A stretch of 64,000 nt of DNA from Octopus sinensis (GCF_006345805.1 NC_043000.1:127844001-127908000); one strand, 5' to 3'; counted from the first letter of the stretch, positions 40,330-54,488 are shown. Made by a program: numbers and translations. Notes: generated by a model from the sequence alone, not told the origin.

Positions 40330-40660
40330 ACCCTGTAGTCACTCTGTCACAGAAGAGGTTACACAGCTCATATTCACTAAGTTATTGAAGGGAAAGTGTG
40401 TAGTTCTGTATTCAATCTACCAATGGGGAAAAGAGAGAACATAGCTCTATAGTCATTCTGCACTAAAGGAGGATATATAGCTCAATATTCACTCTGGTCT
40501 GCCTTTAACTATACAAAGAAATCACAGTTCTGTATTCACTACTGAAAAAGAAAGGGTACACAGCTTTCTGTTTACTCTGTCATGGAGGAAGAAAGGACAT
40601 GCAGTTCTGTATTCCTTTTGCTACTAACGGAATGAGAGAGCACAGTTCTTCATTCACTTT
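40330..40660. repeat. Degenerate ~40-bp tandem repeat
   Basis: Eight copies of a core resembling acagttctgtattcact, spaced 36-47 bp with purine-rich linkers. Confidence 0.65.
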
Positions 40661-41829
40661 CCATTCAAAATAAGAACTGTTTAAGACTAAACAGTGTCAG
40701 TTTACCATGACATAAATGTTGCTATTAATTGCTTATCTTAGATCTGATTAAGAGTGGAATAACCACTTGGTATGTCTGGCCTTACCATATTCTACTAGCA
40801 GGTTATAATGACCTCTTTCATCAACATGCAACAGTTTGAAGAATGACACCAAAACCCAACCATCCAAGAAACTTATAGTGTTTCAAGAGGGAAGTGGGAT
40901 GGTTTAAGGTTGTTGTCCCCAAAGCTATTCTACAATAAATAACTTGGTCTTAATGAGATATCATTATTTCAATATCAGTTCTATGGTCTGACAATTCTAG
41001 ATTTCCTATAAACATTAAATTAATAAAGTCTTGAGATAAATTTGTAATATTTAATATCAAGAAATGAAGAAATGAAAAAACAGAGACTGGAGCCTGATAA
41101 ACAAATAAAAATATAAATTATGTCTGATAGCAGCAATATAATAATGGTTAGGTTTCAGCTTTCAAAAGAAGTGAAAAAAAAAATAAGTAAAGAAAGAAAA
41201 TGATTAGAATCATACTAGTTTAACTGTTTTGGCAGATTTGGAATGGTGTCCTCTTTTTATGCTTGATAACAGTCTGAAATGAATTATAATAAGTTCCACT
41301 TCTTGAAGTAAGAGAGAGAATGGTAAAAGGGAGGAGGGAGAGAGTTGCACTGGAATACAGTATTGCCTCTATAACCAGTTGGGGGTGGCTTCCTTTGGGA
41401 TCAGGGTGATAATTGGGTAGATTACATTAGTGTAGTTAATAGTTAATGTAAAATATAAAAAGTTTGAGGGACTGTAATACAAGATTTGGAAAGGAAGTGG
41501 AGTGCAGTGTGTGGTGTGTGGTGGTAGGCTTGAAATGATGGATTGTGTGTGTAAAGTTCCATATGAGAGAGAGAGAGAGAGAGTGATGAAGTGAATGATA
41601 GAAAACAGAACTGGCAGTCCAGCAGCAAGTTCTAAAGAAAAAGCTCTGTTAGAGCAGCATTAGGTCACAAATGTACCCAGTACAATGGTGAGTCAGTAAT
41701 TAAATGCTTTGTTTTTTTTTTCTACAGAAACAGTTGAACGAACAAGCAGATTGTTGGACACTAAGATGCAGTCAAAGATAAGAGCAACTGAAGAATCTGT
41801 GCCATACCATATATCACAAGTGAATTCCA

Positions 41830-42195
41830 TATCTTATCTTCGACTTGTTTCAGTCACTGCAGTCACAGCTACACTGGGGCCCTGTTTTGAAGGGTTTACT
41901 TGAACAAAACTCCAGTAAGTCTGGTACTTATTCTACAAATCTCTTTTGCCAAACTGCTAAATTACTGAGAAATAAGTAAACCATCACTGGTTGTCAAATG
42001 GTGGTGGAGACAAACAGAAAATGCACATGCACACTTACTGTAGGCTTCCACACAGTTTCCATCAAGCAAATTCACTCATAAGACATTGGTTAACTCAAGG
42101 TTATAGTAGAAGATGCCCAAGGTTCCACACAGTGGGACTGAACCTGAAACCATGTGACTGCAAAGTCAGCTTCTCAATTACACAGCCATACCTGT
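41830..42195 (-). mobile_element. Diverged family A SINE
   Basis: gacttgtttcagtcactgcag...gtgggactgaacctgaaaccatgtg...cacagcc. Confidence 0.75.
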
Positions 42196-43039
42196 GCTAT
42201 AATGGAGCAAATATTTTCAGCAATATTTCATGGATCAATGGGCATGTTCAATACGATAGAAAAAGCAACCAATTTCCCCTCAAACTACAGCTTACCTATA
42301 CGTTGAAAAATGAAAGATTTATTGGATACATTGTCTGAAAATAAGAAGGGATGGTCACAGACCAAATACTCTGACTGAGGGTTAACCAAATGCTACAGGG
42401 GACTGATAGGTTGTAGCTTGGATAGAAAGAGGATTTATGAAGTTGATTTTCTCCACACACACACACGATGGGTGTCTTTAATTTTTTATCTACAAATTCC
42501 ACTTACAAGTCTTTCGTCAGTCTGCCACCAGGATATAGTAGAAACCACTTGCCCTAAGTGCCACACACAGTGGGACTGAACCTGGAACCATGTTGTTGGA
42601 AAGAAAACTTCTTACCCATACCTGTATGTATGCAAATATACATATACCAGTAATAGTGCTTCTTATAACCACAAGAAATTATCCTACTTCCATTTGATAT
42701 GAGGGTCAAAACACAGATTTTAAACAAGAGAAAATTAGTATTTCAGTAAAACCATTTGACACAACACTACTTTCATAGCTAAAGAGAATCACAATTTTTT
42801 TTTAAAACTGCTACTACAATTACACACACATTATTTATTTGGTTATCTTTAAAACTATGTCAAATATAAGAGAATTCTCCACTTTCTGTGTCCAGTCAGA
42901 CTAAAAGTAAAGGAGAAGATAAAAACAGTGTCTTATCAATCAGAAGGCTGACTGATAAGCATCATAAATAAAACTCTGTTCACTACATACAAACCATCAT
43001 TTGGTAATTCACTTATAAATGTACTTTACTGAAATCATC

Positions 43040-43250
43040 ACTATCATCACTTAACATCTCTTTTCCATGCTGGCATGGGTTGAACTGTTTGATCAGAACT
43101 GGCAAGCAGGAGATCTGAACCAGGTTCCAGAGTTATTTGGCTTGATTTCTACAGCTGGATACCCCTTTCTAATGCCAACCACTTTACAGAGTGCACTGGG
43201 TGTTTTCTATGTGACATCAGCAGGGATGCCTTTATGTGGCACCAGTACAG
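43040..43250 (-). mobile_element. Diverged family B SINE
   Basis: catcacttaacatctcttttccatgctggcatgggttg...ctacagctggatacc. Explains the start of ORF 43067-43627. Confidence 0.75.
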
Positions 43251-45070
43251 GACTCTTGCAGGCCAATCTTCTTCAGCAAAGGGGGAGTGGCATTAAAAAT
43301 TCTGCTATGGAAAACATATTTTCTTGCGTACAGCATAGCTCCAGATATACGCCATTAATGGCGCAAGGGAAGAACTTAAGTCAAACCAGACCAGAAGTGA
43401 GATTACTGAATACATTTCATTTTTCTCAGAAAATTCCATCATTTTTCAGTTGGTTTAAGTTTCTGTTCAGAAAATTATCATTCCATCTTTTTGGTCAAGC
43501 TTTTTTTTTTTATTCATCTATTGTCTTAAATCCACTCCCCCCCTCCCCCAACACACACATATTTTCATCAGCTGCAACAACATTGAATATTGTATTCCAT
43601 GCTGGCAATCACTGTATGGTTCAATAGGATATGGCTAGCCTAGGAAATTAGAGTTACATATAATATACAACTTACAGTTCAGACTGACTAACCTCATGTC
43701 AGAGGTTTCTGGCTACATCTCTTTAATGATATTTGAATTGATAACTAATCTGTAGCGACAACATTCTGTTATGTATCAGTGGACTAATGAAGAAGCACAG
43801 AACTAAGGTGAGGAGAAAAAAAAAGGTAGAAGAGGTGAAGAAAGAAAAAGAAGATTTTTTTCACTAAAAAGAAAGCTAAACTTGTAAAGCCTTGCAATGG
43901 GATACCATTAATATAATCAATATAGGCAGTGTCATCATGAAGGTGGCCTTGGTCAATATGTAAGAAAGGAGTTGATGTTAATTTGATACTGTGTACACAG
44001 TGCAAACAATGGTTACAACTGATAGAGAGCCAATACTTGAGATGTGACAGTTGGACAAGAACAGTTAGCAGTAGGAGCAGCTATGATGACTTGAAGGAGT
44101 CCACAAGCAGCCTGTAGCTTCTGTTGCCTAGGTGACCTAATTAGTGTTTACAGGTGGTTGTGGTAGAGGTATAGTATACAAGGTAAACAATGAAAGTGGT
44201 GCAGAAACCTGTTCCCTCCATTACCAACAATGAGTAAGCTAGGGCACATTGAACAATGAGGTCTCTCACACACACACACACCAGACATAACAAGCCTTTG
44301 ATCTGTTTGTTTGACCAGGGTTAACCTAGGACTAAACAAGGAGTTTCTGAAAGATAATAAGAGATGTGTAAAAAAGTGTGATGTGACATGGTAGTGAGAC
44401 ATGGTCACAGAGTGCAGAAGATGTGCAGAAACTGGAAAGAAATGAGTCAGATATGATTCATTAAATGTGTAATATTAATTTGCATGAAAGACAAAGTAGA
44501 AGTAAGGTGTGAAAAAGAATGGGCATTAAAATTATCAGGGTACAAGCAGAACAAAAATGATTTGACTCTGCTTGTATTGACATGATGTGAACAGGCAAAT
44601 AAGTGGTGGGTGGAAAAGTGTCATGTACTAACAACAGGTGTCTGTGTGTGACAGAAGAAGATTGTGAAACACAGCTAGTCAGATCTCAACTTGTTAGGCT
44701 TCACAGACAAGTTGATGCATTTGCAGGTCCCTCCAACCCATGTGAACACAGAAAAATTGATGCTGTTTAGTGATGGCACTGATATAACATTCATGATGAT
44801 GATGCTGGCAACAAAGATAATGACAAAGACAATGATGATGATGATAAGTGGAGGAAAGGCTAAATCAATTAGTGCAGTAATTAATTTACATTAAATGTCA
44901 ACATGAGAAGCTGAATATTTTTAAAGAAGGTAAAAACAATAGTAATATATGAAATCACTCTTTTCCAGAAAAGAACATCAGCAATACGTGAAGCTGTTAT
45001 AAGGATTGAGAGATAAAGTTACAGATACTCCACAAAGAACTTACCACTATATATATAATAGCAGTTTCTT

Positions 45071-45302
45071 ATTTCTTTACTGCCCACAAGGGGCTACATA
45101 CAGAGGGGACAAATAAGGACAGACAAACAGATTAAGTCGATTATATCGACCCCAGTGCGTAACTGGTACTTATTTAATTGACCCTGAAAGGATGAAAGGC
45201 AAAGTCGACCTCGGCAGAATTTGAACTCAGAACGTAGCAGTAGACAAAATACTGCTAAGCATTTCGCCCGGCATGCTAACATTTCTGCCAGCTCGCCGCC
45301 TT
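45071..45302 (-). mobile_element. Family C tRNA-headed SINE, full length and young
   Basis: Near-identical to 25300-25530, CpGs retained. Confidence 0.9.
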
Positions 45303-46814
45303 AATAAAAGCAGTTTCTTGCATGGACACAAAGCCACCTATGAATTACCTCCAGAAAGACGAGAATCAAAATTAACCCAAATATGATCTTAAAGAATCAG
45401 AAGACAAAGTTACATTCTTCTGGGATTTAAGTCCAACATCCTAGTGCAATGATAATAATTTTATATATTGGTAAACCAACCAAGAGGTGGGTAGTACAGT
45501 CAAATGAATTGATCCCAGTATATAACATTTTTTTTTTCTGTAATTCTAGAGGAATAAAAAGGATGTGATTTGAACTCAGACTGTGGAAAGAGAACTAAAT
45601 TCTATAAAGTATTTTAAGATACTGGTGATGCAAATGAGTTTTATTTAAGGTCTAGGGCTAAACAGTTTGGCAAAAAAAAAAAAAAAAAAAAAAAAAGGGT
45701 CCATCAGTTGAATGTTGTGTATTTTATTTACCTCAAACAGGCCAAAAGCAAAGCTAACATCAGAAGGATTTGAACTTAGAAACTAAAGAAATGTAACTAA
45801 ACCCAGCAAGGCATTTAATACCACACCTTACAACAACAATCATCATCATTGTTTTAATGTACATTTTTTTTCCATGGTTGCCTGGGTCAGCCAGAGTTCA
45901 TTGAGGCAAATTTTCTATGGCTGGATGCCCTTCCTGTCACCAACTCTCACCTGTTTCCAAGCAAGGTAACATTTCCCCATGGTAAGATGTGCTTTCTCAA
46001 AATATTGGAAATGAAAGACTGCTTGTATGACAGTGACACTCGTATACAACTATTACACCATGTCACGACAAGGAGGCACAAACATAAACACCCACATACA
46101 CTCTGTGTGTGTATGTGTGTGCACGCGCGCACACATGTATGTGCACATGCATGTATGTGCAGTCAATTATATTGCCCTTTGTAAATGTGGAAAGCAAAGT
46201 CAAAAACCCTGGCAGTATTTAAACTCAAATATTTGAACATAAAGTAACTAAACATTACAAAGCATTCTGTCTGACACTCTTCCAATTCTGCTGAAGATTA
46301 TCCCAAATAAAGCCACTTGACTTCATTTTTTCTATGAGATTGATGTTACTTTCTCTATCAGAAGTGGAACCCCACCTTTAAATTTCAAGTTGTCGAGGAA
46401 ATTACCCATTCACTCAGTTTCTTGAATACATTGTCAAAATGAACATGGTCAACCAAATTCTCCATTTATGACAGAGAAATGTAAGTGGGGCGGGGATTCT
46501 AAAACTAGTCACATTATTACACTGAAACAATGATTTCTGGTACTATCAGATGAGAACATCTGATCTATCTAGTTGCAAATCTTAAGTGGAATGTTGTATG
46601 TCAGACACTTTTTTCCTGGAAATTACACAAATACCAAGAGTGTTTAACGACAAAATGACTGAGTTAATTCTAATAGCAAAGTCAACAACAGCACCCAGAG
46701 AGTGCAAACCTCTGCCAAGGTAGCATCAATGTCCTTTCGATGATTAGCCAGAAAGGATTTTTAAAATGAGAATATCTGAAATAAACTTGACTGCTCTCAC
46801 AAACAAGAAAACTA

Positions 46815-47057
46815 AAAATGAACCTGACCATTCTCAAAAATTGAGTAAAAAAAAAAAACAGAAAAAAATAATCCAGAATCCTTGTCTGGTACCGGATTGA
46901 TCCCAAAATGTAATCAGTTTGTGCCAGTCATGAGGCCAAACATCCTAGAAAGTTTCATCCGAATCCATCCAGCGCTTCTTAAAATATCTTGTCCATGGAC
47001 AAACAAAAAGACACAACTGGAAACAATACATCCGCCTTCACAAAGGCGGAGGTAATA
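46815..47057 (+). mobile_element. Helentron/HINE-like non-autonomous element, 3' portion
   Basis: aagtttcatccgaatccatccagc...ggacaaacaaa, terminal hairpin tccgcctt-caca-aaggcgga (47031-47050), then ggtaataa. No matching 5' subterminal repeat seen. Confidence 0.55.
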
Positions 47058-47708
47058 AAGAATGGTTACTTGTCAAGACAAAGATATTTTCCGATTGGGA
47101 TAAAAAGATGTCAAAAGCCTACATCATTATCATCACCATCATCTTAGTGTTCACTGTTTGTACTGGCATGGGTCAGATGGAATTTGTTGAGGCAGATTTT
47201 CTACAGCTGGATACCCTTTCTGTAGCCAATCTTCAACTAGTCCAAACAAGAAAATATTTGCCAGCCATGTTTTTCATGTATGACTGGAAACAAATGTCAA
47301 TAATCACATGATGCCAAGACAAGGGCACAAACACAAATATATATATCATAATCTTCATCATCATCCAGTGTTTTAAATCCGGGTTTTGTCCTCGTCAATG
47401 GGAGTGGCCAGATCCACCTCAATGCTATAGCAACTGAGGTAGGCAGGTGCGGCCCACCCCAACCTTTGGGCTGGCTGGTGCCCATTTTTCTTTGCTATCA
47501 TGAGACTTTTTTGGAGCTGGATTTTGTATGGGGAGCATGCCCTTGCTTACCCCCAACTTCTAGACATGAGCGATCACACAAGACCAAGGCCTCTACCACG
47601 ATTTTTAAGAAATGTGATAGAAAACTAGCTCAGGAAGGCAGGAACACTACTCCCTGAGACCCCTTTTGGAGCCGCCTACCTACCTATATATATATATATA
47701 TATATTCT

Positions 47709-47982
47709 TTAACACATCTTTAATGATTCATTACAATTGTTTCTGCACCAACTTGGCTTGCAATGCCAGTTTACACAAAGATCTGAAGTGAAAATTTATG
47801 TAATGTTTGCAGTTTTAGACATTATAAAGGTACACCTTTGATGCAAGTCTGGTGAAGTGCCACTCTAATGTCTAAAACTGCAAACAGGACATAAATTTTC
47901 ACTTTGAATTTTTGCATAAACTAGTGTTGCAAGCTGAGTTGGTAGAGAAACAATTGTAACAAATCATTGAAGGTGCGTTTAA
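47709..47982. mobile_element. MITE with ~115-bp imperfect TIRs
   Basis: 47709-47824 is the diverged reverse complement of 47866-47982 (ttacaattgtttct; gtgaaaatttatgt; tgtttgcagttttagacatta). TTAA at both ends. Confidence 0.8.
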
Positions 47983-48189
47983 AAGTTTGTCTTACTATTT
48001 GGCTTACAATTTACTCTTTGCCAAACCCACACAATGGTGTTACCGTCATGAAACCTGGCTTTTCAACATTTGAAGAATTTCAGCATTGGCCTGAAACCCA
48101 CTGTGTTGATAGCCCAGAACTCAGGTTGAGTGCTTCTTTGGAAACACCCTACCTTTATACCCTATCAGGACCTAAGATATATATACACA

Positions 48190-48812
48190 CAATGGGCTTC
48201 TTTCAGTTTCCATCTACCAATTCCACTCACAAGGTTTTGGTCAGCCCAAGGCTATAGAAGACACTTGCCCAAAATGCCATGCAGTGGAACTAAACCCAAG
48301 ACTGTGTGGTTGGGAAGCAAGCTTCTTAGCCATACAGCTTTGCCTGCACCTATTATATGTCCAACCATCTGTCTGTCTATCCACACATACATTTATGTAT
48401 AATGAGGTTCTGTTTATCCACCCATTTGTACAGGTGCAGTTGTGGCTATGTGCTAAGAAGCTTGCTTCTCAACCACATGGTTCCAGGTTCAGTTCCACTG
48501 CATGGCACCTTGGGCAAGTGTCTTCTACTATAGCTTTGGGCTGACCAAAGCCTTGTGTGTGCATTTGGCAGACAGAAACTGAAAGAAGCTTGTCGTATGT
48601 ATGTATATATATATATATATATGTCTGTGTGGCTGTGTCCCTCCACCATCGCTTTGGTGTGTTTATGTCCATGAAACTTAACGATTTGGCAAAAGGGATC
48701 AATAGAATAAGTATTAAGTTTAATAAGAATAAGTCCTGGGGTCGATTCATTCAACTAAAAGGTGGTGCTCCAGCATGGCTACAGAGAAACAACTAAAACA
48801 AGTAAAAGAGTA
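48190..48812. mobile_element. Head-to-head pair of family A SINEs (- 48190-48350, + 48430-48812)
   Basis: The 5' halves are mutually reverse-complementary, about 80 bp apart. Confidence 0.85.
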
Positions 48813-50439
48813 CATACATGCATATATACATATGTCACATACGCCACATACATGAAGTTACCAAATTCCACTCATTTACTATTCGTCAACACAAAACTAA
48901 GGCAGCACAGCAGACACTTATTCAAGATGTCGCACACTGGGATCAAAACTAAAAGCATGTGGTTGCAGAGTGAACTCTTAACCATAAAGCCATGTTGGCA
49001 TAGAAACAACAAGATTTCCTCCAGATATTGTTTAGCATTTTCTTAATATTATTTCTGACTATAAAAATCTTATCACCATTGTTCTCTGCAGCATTTCTAA
49101 GGAAACAACTTAAGTGTCAAGGCCGTAATCCACATCAGCTGTATCATGTTTCATACTTATAAGACAATAAAAAGCAAATGTGAATATTGAAGTCTGGTTT
49201 TGATAAATTTCTTTATTGTTAAACATCAGCTTTTAATAGGGTTAAGCAGCTTCTCTGGTTTGAATTATAGAACTTTAAAAGATCAACCTCCTCTTCTTTC
49301 TATCTCCATGTGAACCCCCCCCTCTCTCTCTCCACTGTCTCTATTTGAACATACCCTCTTTCTCTCTTTGCTATCTTCTAATCACACACACACACACATT
49401 CTCTCTCTTTCTTTCTCGCTATCTCTCCCCCTTGTTCCCATTTGAACTTTCAATTTAAGAGAAAATAATGACTTCATTTGAAGGTGGGGGATAGGCACAA
49501 ATACTATACAGAGACCATTAGAAAGACCTAATGCAACAGAGTTCAAAGATCTGAGAATTTTCATAAACTTACTCTAGTATATAAGAAATGATATAAATCA
49601 CACACATTAATGCAAATGAAATCAAATTACCAAGTTCAAGTTTCAACAGCTTGTATTAAGATGGGAAAAGACACAGTATTAAGATAGAATAGTTAATAGC
49701 AGCTTCCAACAGGGAGAGACACTAGTGTATTATTATTAATAAAAGAATCCCTAACCCTTGAACCTGACAAGAATATCCAATTTCCATTTATCATTTCAAT
49801 AAATAATTGTGTAAAGAAACACAAAAAAGTTTTTAAAGAAATACGTAAATGTGCCATTGAAATATAATGTATTTAAAAAGAAAAAGTATGAAAGCATTTT
49901 GCTGAGTGAGATAAAGATAAATTCTCCTTTTTTTTAAAGCTTATATCAGTTAAATTGTCTCTACTGCTAATACCATGCAAACAGCCTCAATACAGATTAT
50001 CTCCCTCAGATTACTCCCACCCTATATTCATTTGCCTCAGACCATGAGACCTGCTGTCCTCTTTTATTCAACTGTTAGGAATCAATAAAGCACTGACCTA
50101 ACCTGTAGAGCTTAGCAGTTGGTGTAATTACCCAGCCTCCATTTGTCTAAGCTAGGTCTTGGTAACTTATAAACCCCCATCATGTGTCTAAAACAAATGC
50201 CACCAACAATCTATTTACATCATAGACATTGGTTGGTGCATTAAATAGCAAAGGTGACCTTTTATCTCTTGCAAATCTTTAGCTCTTGAACTCAGACTTT
50301 CCGTAAAGATATTGCAAACATAGCCTTCAAAGGATGGAGGTAACTTCTAAATAAGAGCAGCTGGCTGTGAAACTAAGACCAAACCTGAAAAAAAATTTTA
50401 ATTAAACTGATACAGAGGTTGTCTGTAGCAGAATTCTGA

Positions 50440-50688
50440 CACTGGCTTCTGTGCTGGTGGCACGTAAAAAGCACCAACCAATCGTGGCCACTTCCAGCCT
50501 CCCTTGGCACCTGTGCCGGTAACACGTAAAAAGCACCCACTACACTCAAGGAGTGGTTGGCGTTAGGAAGGGCATCCAGCTGTAGAAACACTGCCAGATC
50601 AGACTAGAGCCTGATGCAGCTTCCTGGCTTCCCAGACCCCGGTCAAACCGTCCAACCCGTGCTAGGACGTTAAACGATGATGATGAAT
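50440..50688 (+). mobile_element. Family B SINE
   Basis: ggcacgtaaaaagcacc...gagtggttggcgttaggaagggcatccagctgtagaaac...gacgttaaacgatgatgatg. Confidence 0.88.
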
Positions 50689-52984
50689 AAAATACACCCA
50701 ATTCATGCTGTAAGATATATAAGTTGTAATAATGAAGTCAAACTAAATAGTAATATTTTGAAATCCTTTAATATGTACATTCCAAGTTAAAGTGTCTGAA
50801 CTGAGGAAGGTCTTACATAATGGCTGCACTTCCTATTATATATTACACAGACCTGAAATGTGCATACTAAATGATTTCCAAATACCACAATTTGGCTGAA
50901 CTGCCTTATTACAACTGATATGACTTTACGTCAGTACAAACTAACCAGTCCAGATGCTTATGTAGATACTCTAATAACAATTTGGAGTAGTTTTTTATAG
51001 TTGACTCAAGTTGAAAATTCTGGTACTATGCACCACTTCTTTGCGAACATGAAATACACACACACACTTTTGGCCACTTTTTGCTCAGTTGGTGTGTGTG
51101 TGTGAGAGAGAGAGTTATGGGCTGTGACAAAATGCTGTGAGACTTGTCCAATCAATGTCAGCATATAAAAACTGACATAAGAAGAGGAGGAGGAAGGATC
51201 TGAGTAAAACCACAAAACAAACTGGCATAAAAAAACACGAAAATTACATGACAATGCTTTTAGATATTAATCCCAGATCTGGTGAAGCATACGCATACAT
51301 CTCTCCCTCCCTCACTCGCTCTCTTTCTCTTCCCTTTCACTCACTCTCCTCCTCACTTGCTCTCTCTCTCTTTCTTTCCCCCTCTCTTGCTCTCTCTCTC
51401 TCTCTCTCTTTTCCTCCTTTGCTCACTCTCTCTCACTCTCTCCCCCTCATGTGCTTCCTCCCCCTCTCCCCTTTCTCTCCTTGCAAATGGAAAACCAAAA
51501 TGCCAATGCTCTCCTTTCCAGGCCATCTCCTTCCAGCAAAACATCAGAAAATATACACATGTTGATTACTTAATATCAACTGAATCATAAAAATCACATA
51601 GTAATTGTAATCAGAATCAATGATCCTTGAACATCACAATATACTACAGCTTTTTCTAATGCTGTAAAAATGGCTTGTGTCACCACCCTCACCCCATAAA
51701 GTAACCAAGGCTATAATGGCACAGAAGTAGTAAAGCTAACTGTACAGGATTATTAAACTATGAACCTGAAAGGTTAACACTTGCTATAGACATGCTGGTG
51801 TGATTTTAATCAAGATATTATTCAGCTGAAAACTTCTGTTTCTCCTACTCCATACTTAAGTGGTTAAAACAATAACACAGGACAAAAGAAATACTTGCTT
51901 CAAGATGTGATAAGTAAATATAGTAATTTACATAAACCCATTGCAGAAACAAATGGGATCTTAAAAATAAAAAAAAAATTTTTAATAAAAAAAAATTGTT
52001 ATACTTTAGTTCTATTGACTAAATTCATTTTTACAGCTGCAGTATATATGTGGAAAGTTCCAAGGAGAATTTGGTAAGTTTTACTGCTTTGGGACAGCGC
52101 ATAAGCTAATGTTTCCAAGCTTTGCACTCAACATGAGAGTGCTGTGGTTATGGTCAAAGGAGCAGATTGAAGGAACAATATAAGGGAATGATTTGAGGGG
52201 TGAACTGGGGGAAGCAGAGAGAAAGAGAGAGAGAGAGAGATATACTGGTGGTGCTGGGGTGAGAGGATCAAAAGTCTAGAATGTGAGGTGAACAAAATGG
52301 AAGAAACCAAAGATTACAGAGGGGAAGTAAAAAGGGTCATATACTCAAACAAAGCAAAATAAAAGGTGAAGAGTTCAAATAAAGAGAAGATAGAAAGGGA
52401 GACATGTAAATAGAAGTGGGAAGCAAATAACCATAGCAAGAAAAGTTATTGAAGTATAAAGACAACAGTTGAATATTTGTAATTTAGACTAAACAAAATA
52501 TTTAGCTACTAGTTGTGAAAGAGATTATATACAAGCACAATCATGCACATACATCCATAACAGACATGTTCATATATACACACACATCCATGTAGAGGCA
52601 TATCTAAGTATGTGGAAGGTCAATTAATTGTTACCGATACATAAACTTTACCCAAGTTCATACCACTTCAGTTACTAAATACTCTAACTAAATGAGAACT
52701 CAGATGGTACTAAATATTTAATACTAACCAAATATTTAACAGGTTCCCATCATGACACTGGCACTATCTTGTACCTGTGATGCAAGTCAACCAAGTAATA
52801 CAGGACAGAGAGGAAAAAATGCCACTGCAGTAAATAGTGAGACTACTATAAAATCAACAAGCGTTTCATTAGTTTACAGTGCATATTCAACTACTCTTGT
52901 GGCCATGCTGGGGCACTGCTTTGAAGAGTTATTTTAACTAATTATTCACAGTACTTATTCTTTTTAAGTTTGTTACTTATTCTA

Positions 52985-53243
52985 TTACTCTCTTTTACTT
53001 GTTTCAGTCATTTGACTGTGGCCATGCTGGAGCACCGCCTTTAGTTGAGCAAATCGACCCCAGGACTTATTCTTTGTAAGCCTAGTACTTATTCTATCGG
53101 GACTTTTGCCGAACCACTAAGTTATGGGGACGTAAACACACCAGCATCAGTTGTCAAGCAATGTTGGGGGGATAAACACAGACACACAAACATACACACA
53201 CACATGTATATATATATACACACACACACATATATATATACAC

Positions 53244-53278
<35 letters not shown>

Positions 53279-53610
53279 TATATATACACACACACACACA
53301 CACACATATATATACACACACACATATATATACACACACACATATATATACCACACACACATATATACACCACACACACATATACACACACACACACATA
53401 CACACACACACATATATACACCACACACACACATATATACACACCACACATATATACACACACACACATATATACACACACACACATATATACACAACAC
53501 ACATATATACACACACACACACATATATATATACACACACACATATATATATACACACACACACATATATATATACACACACACACATATATATACACAC
53601 ACACACACAC

Positions 53611-53703
<93 letters not shown>

Positions 53704-53747
53704 TATATATATACACACACACACACACACATCATATATATATATAT

Positions 53748-53778
<31 letters not shown>

Positions 53779-53958
53779 CACACACACACATATATATACA
53801 ACAGGCTTCTTTCAGTTTCCGTCTACCAAATCCACTCACAAGGCTTTGGCTGGCCCGAGGCTATAGTAGAAGACACTTGCCCAAGGTGCCATGCAGTGGG
53901 ACTGAACCCAGAACCATGTGGTTCGTAAGCACGCTATTTACCACACAGCCACTCCTAC
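52985..53958 (-). mobile_element. Family A SINE with an expanded internal microsatellite
   Basis: Both SINE halves are intact around about 600 bp of (CA)n(TA)n. Confidence 0.9.
53190..53800. repeat. Compound (CA)n(TA)n microsatellite
   Basis: Direct reading. Source of the His/Thr/Ile/Tyr and Cys/Val ORFs at 53045-54023. Confidence 0.95.
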
Positions 53959-54051
53959 CCCTAATTTTTTGTTTTCTTTTGTCTCCAGTTCACCACAAAG
54001 TCAAAAAGATTGAAACCTATTAATTCAAAGATTCTCCCTTTGCTTTCTATG

Positions 54052-54488
54052 TAGTTAGTTAGTTAGTTAATTTTTTGGCTCAAAAAGCCAAAAGCAAGGC
54101 CATGTAGGGGGACATGGAGTTATGTACAGGGTGGTGTTCATGTAAAGAGTTCAGGCCACTTGAGGTCAAGGGAGACTTTGAACCGAGCGGTCGTCGGCAT
54201 CTTCACCATCTCGTCTGGCAGCTTATTCCACGGATCCACAACCTGGACGGAGAAAGCCCCTCTCCTTCGATTGAGATGAAATCGTCGCAGATAGAGCTTT
54301 TCGGAATGACCCCGCAGCCAACACTCTGGAGCAGGAGTGAAGAACAGCTCTTTCGAGAGGTTACACTTTCTGCTTATGATGTTGTGAGCAAGAATGAGAT
54401 CTCCACGGTGTCGGCGTTTTTCTAGAGAATAACGGTCGAGCGTCTCCAGCCTTTCTTCATAAGACAAATTCTTGAGACCAAGAACCAT
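54052..54488 (-). mobile_element. 5'-truncated CR1/L2-clade LINE (ORF2 C-terminus, 3' UTR, tail)
   Basis: ORF 54138-54488 (LSYEERLETL..SLEKRR.RGDLI...RGHSEKL...FSVQVVDPWNKLP) is the typical CR1 ORF2 end. 3' UTR hairpin ccatgt..acatgg at 54100-54117 and an (AACT)n tail. Confidence 0.9.

Noticed and set aside
43067-43627. 186-aa ORF
   Set aside because: A chimera of a SINE fragment and low-complexity intron, with no domain or splice support.
50817-50852. 36-nt minus-strand micro-exon candidate (VCVIYNRKCSHY)
   Set aside because: Poor polypyrimidine tract and no SCFD1 similarity. Such matches are expected by chance.
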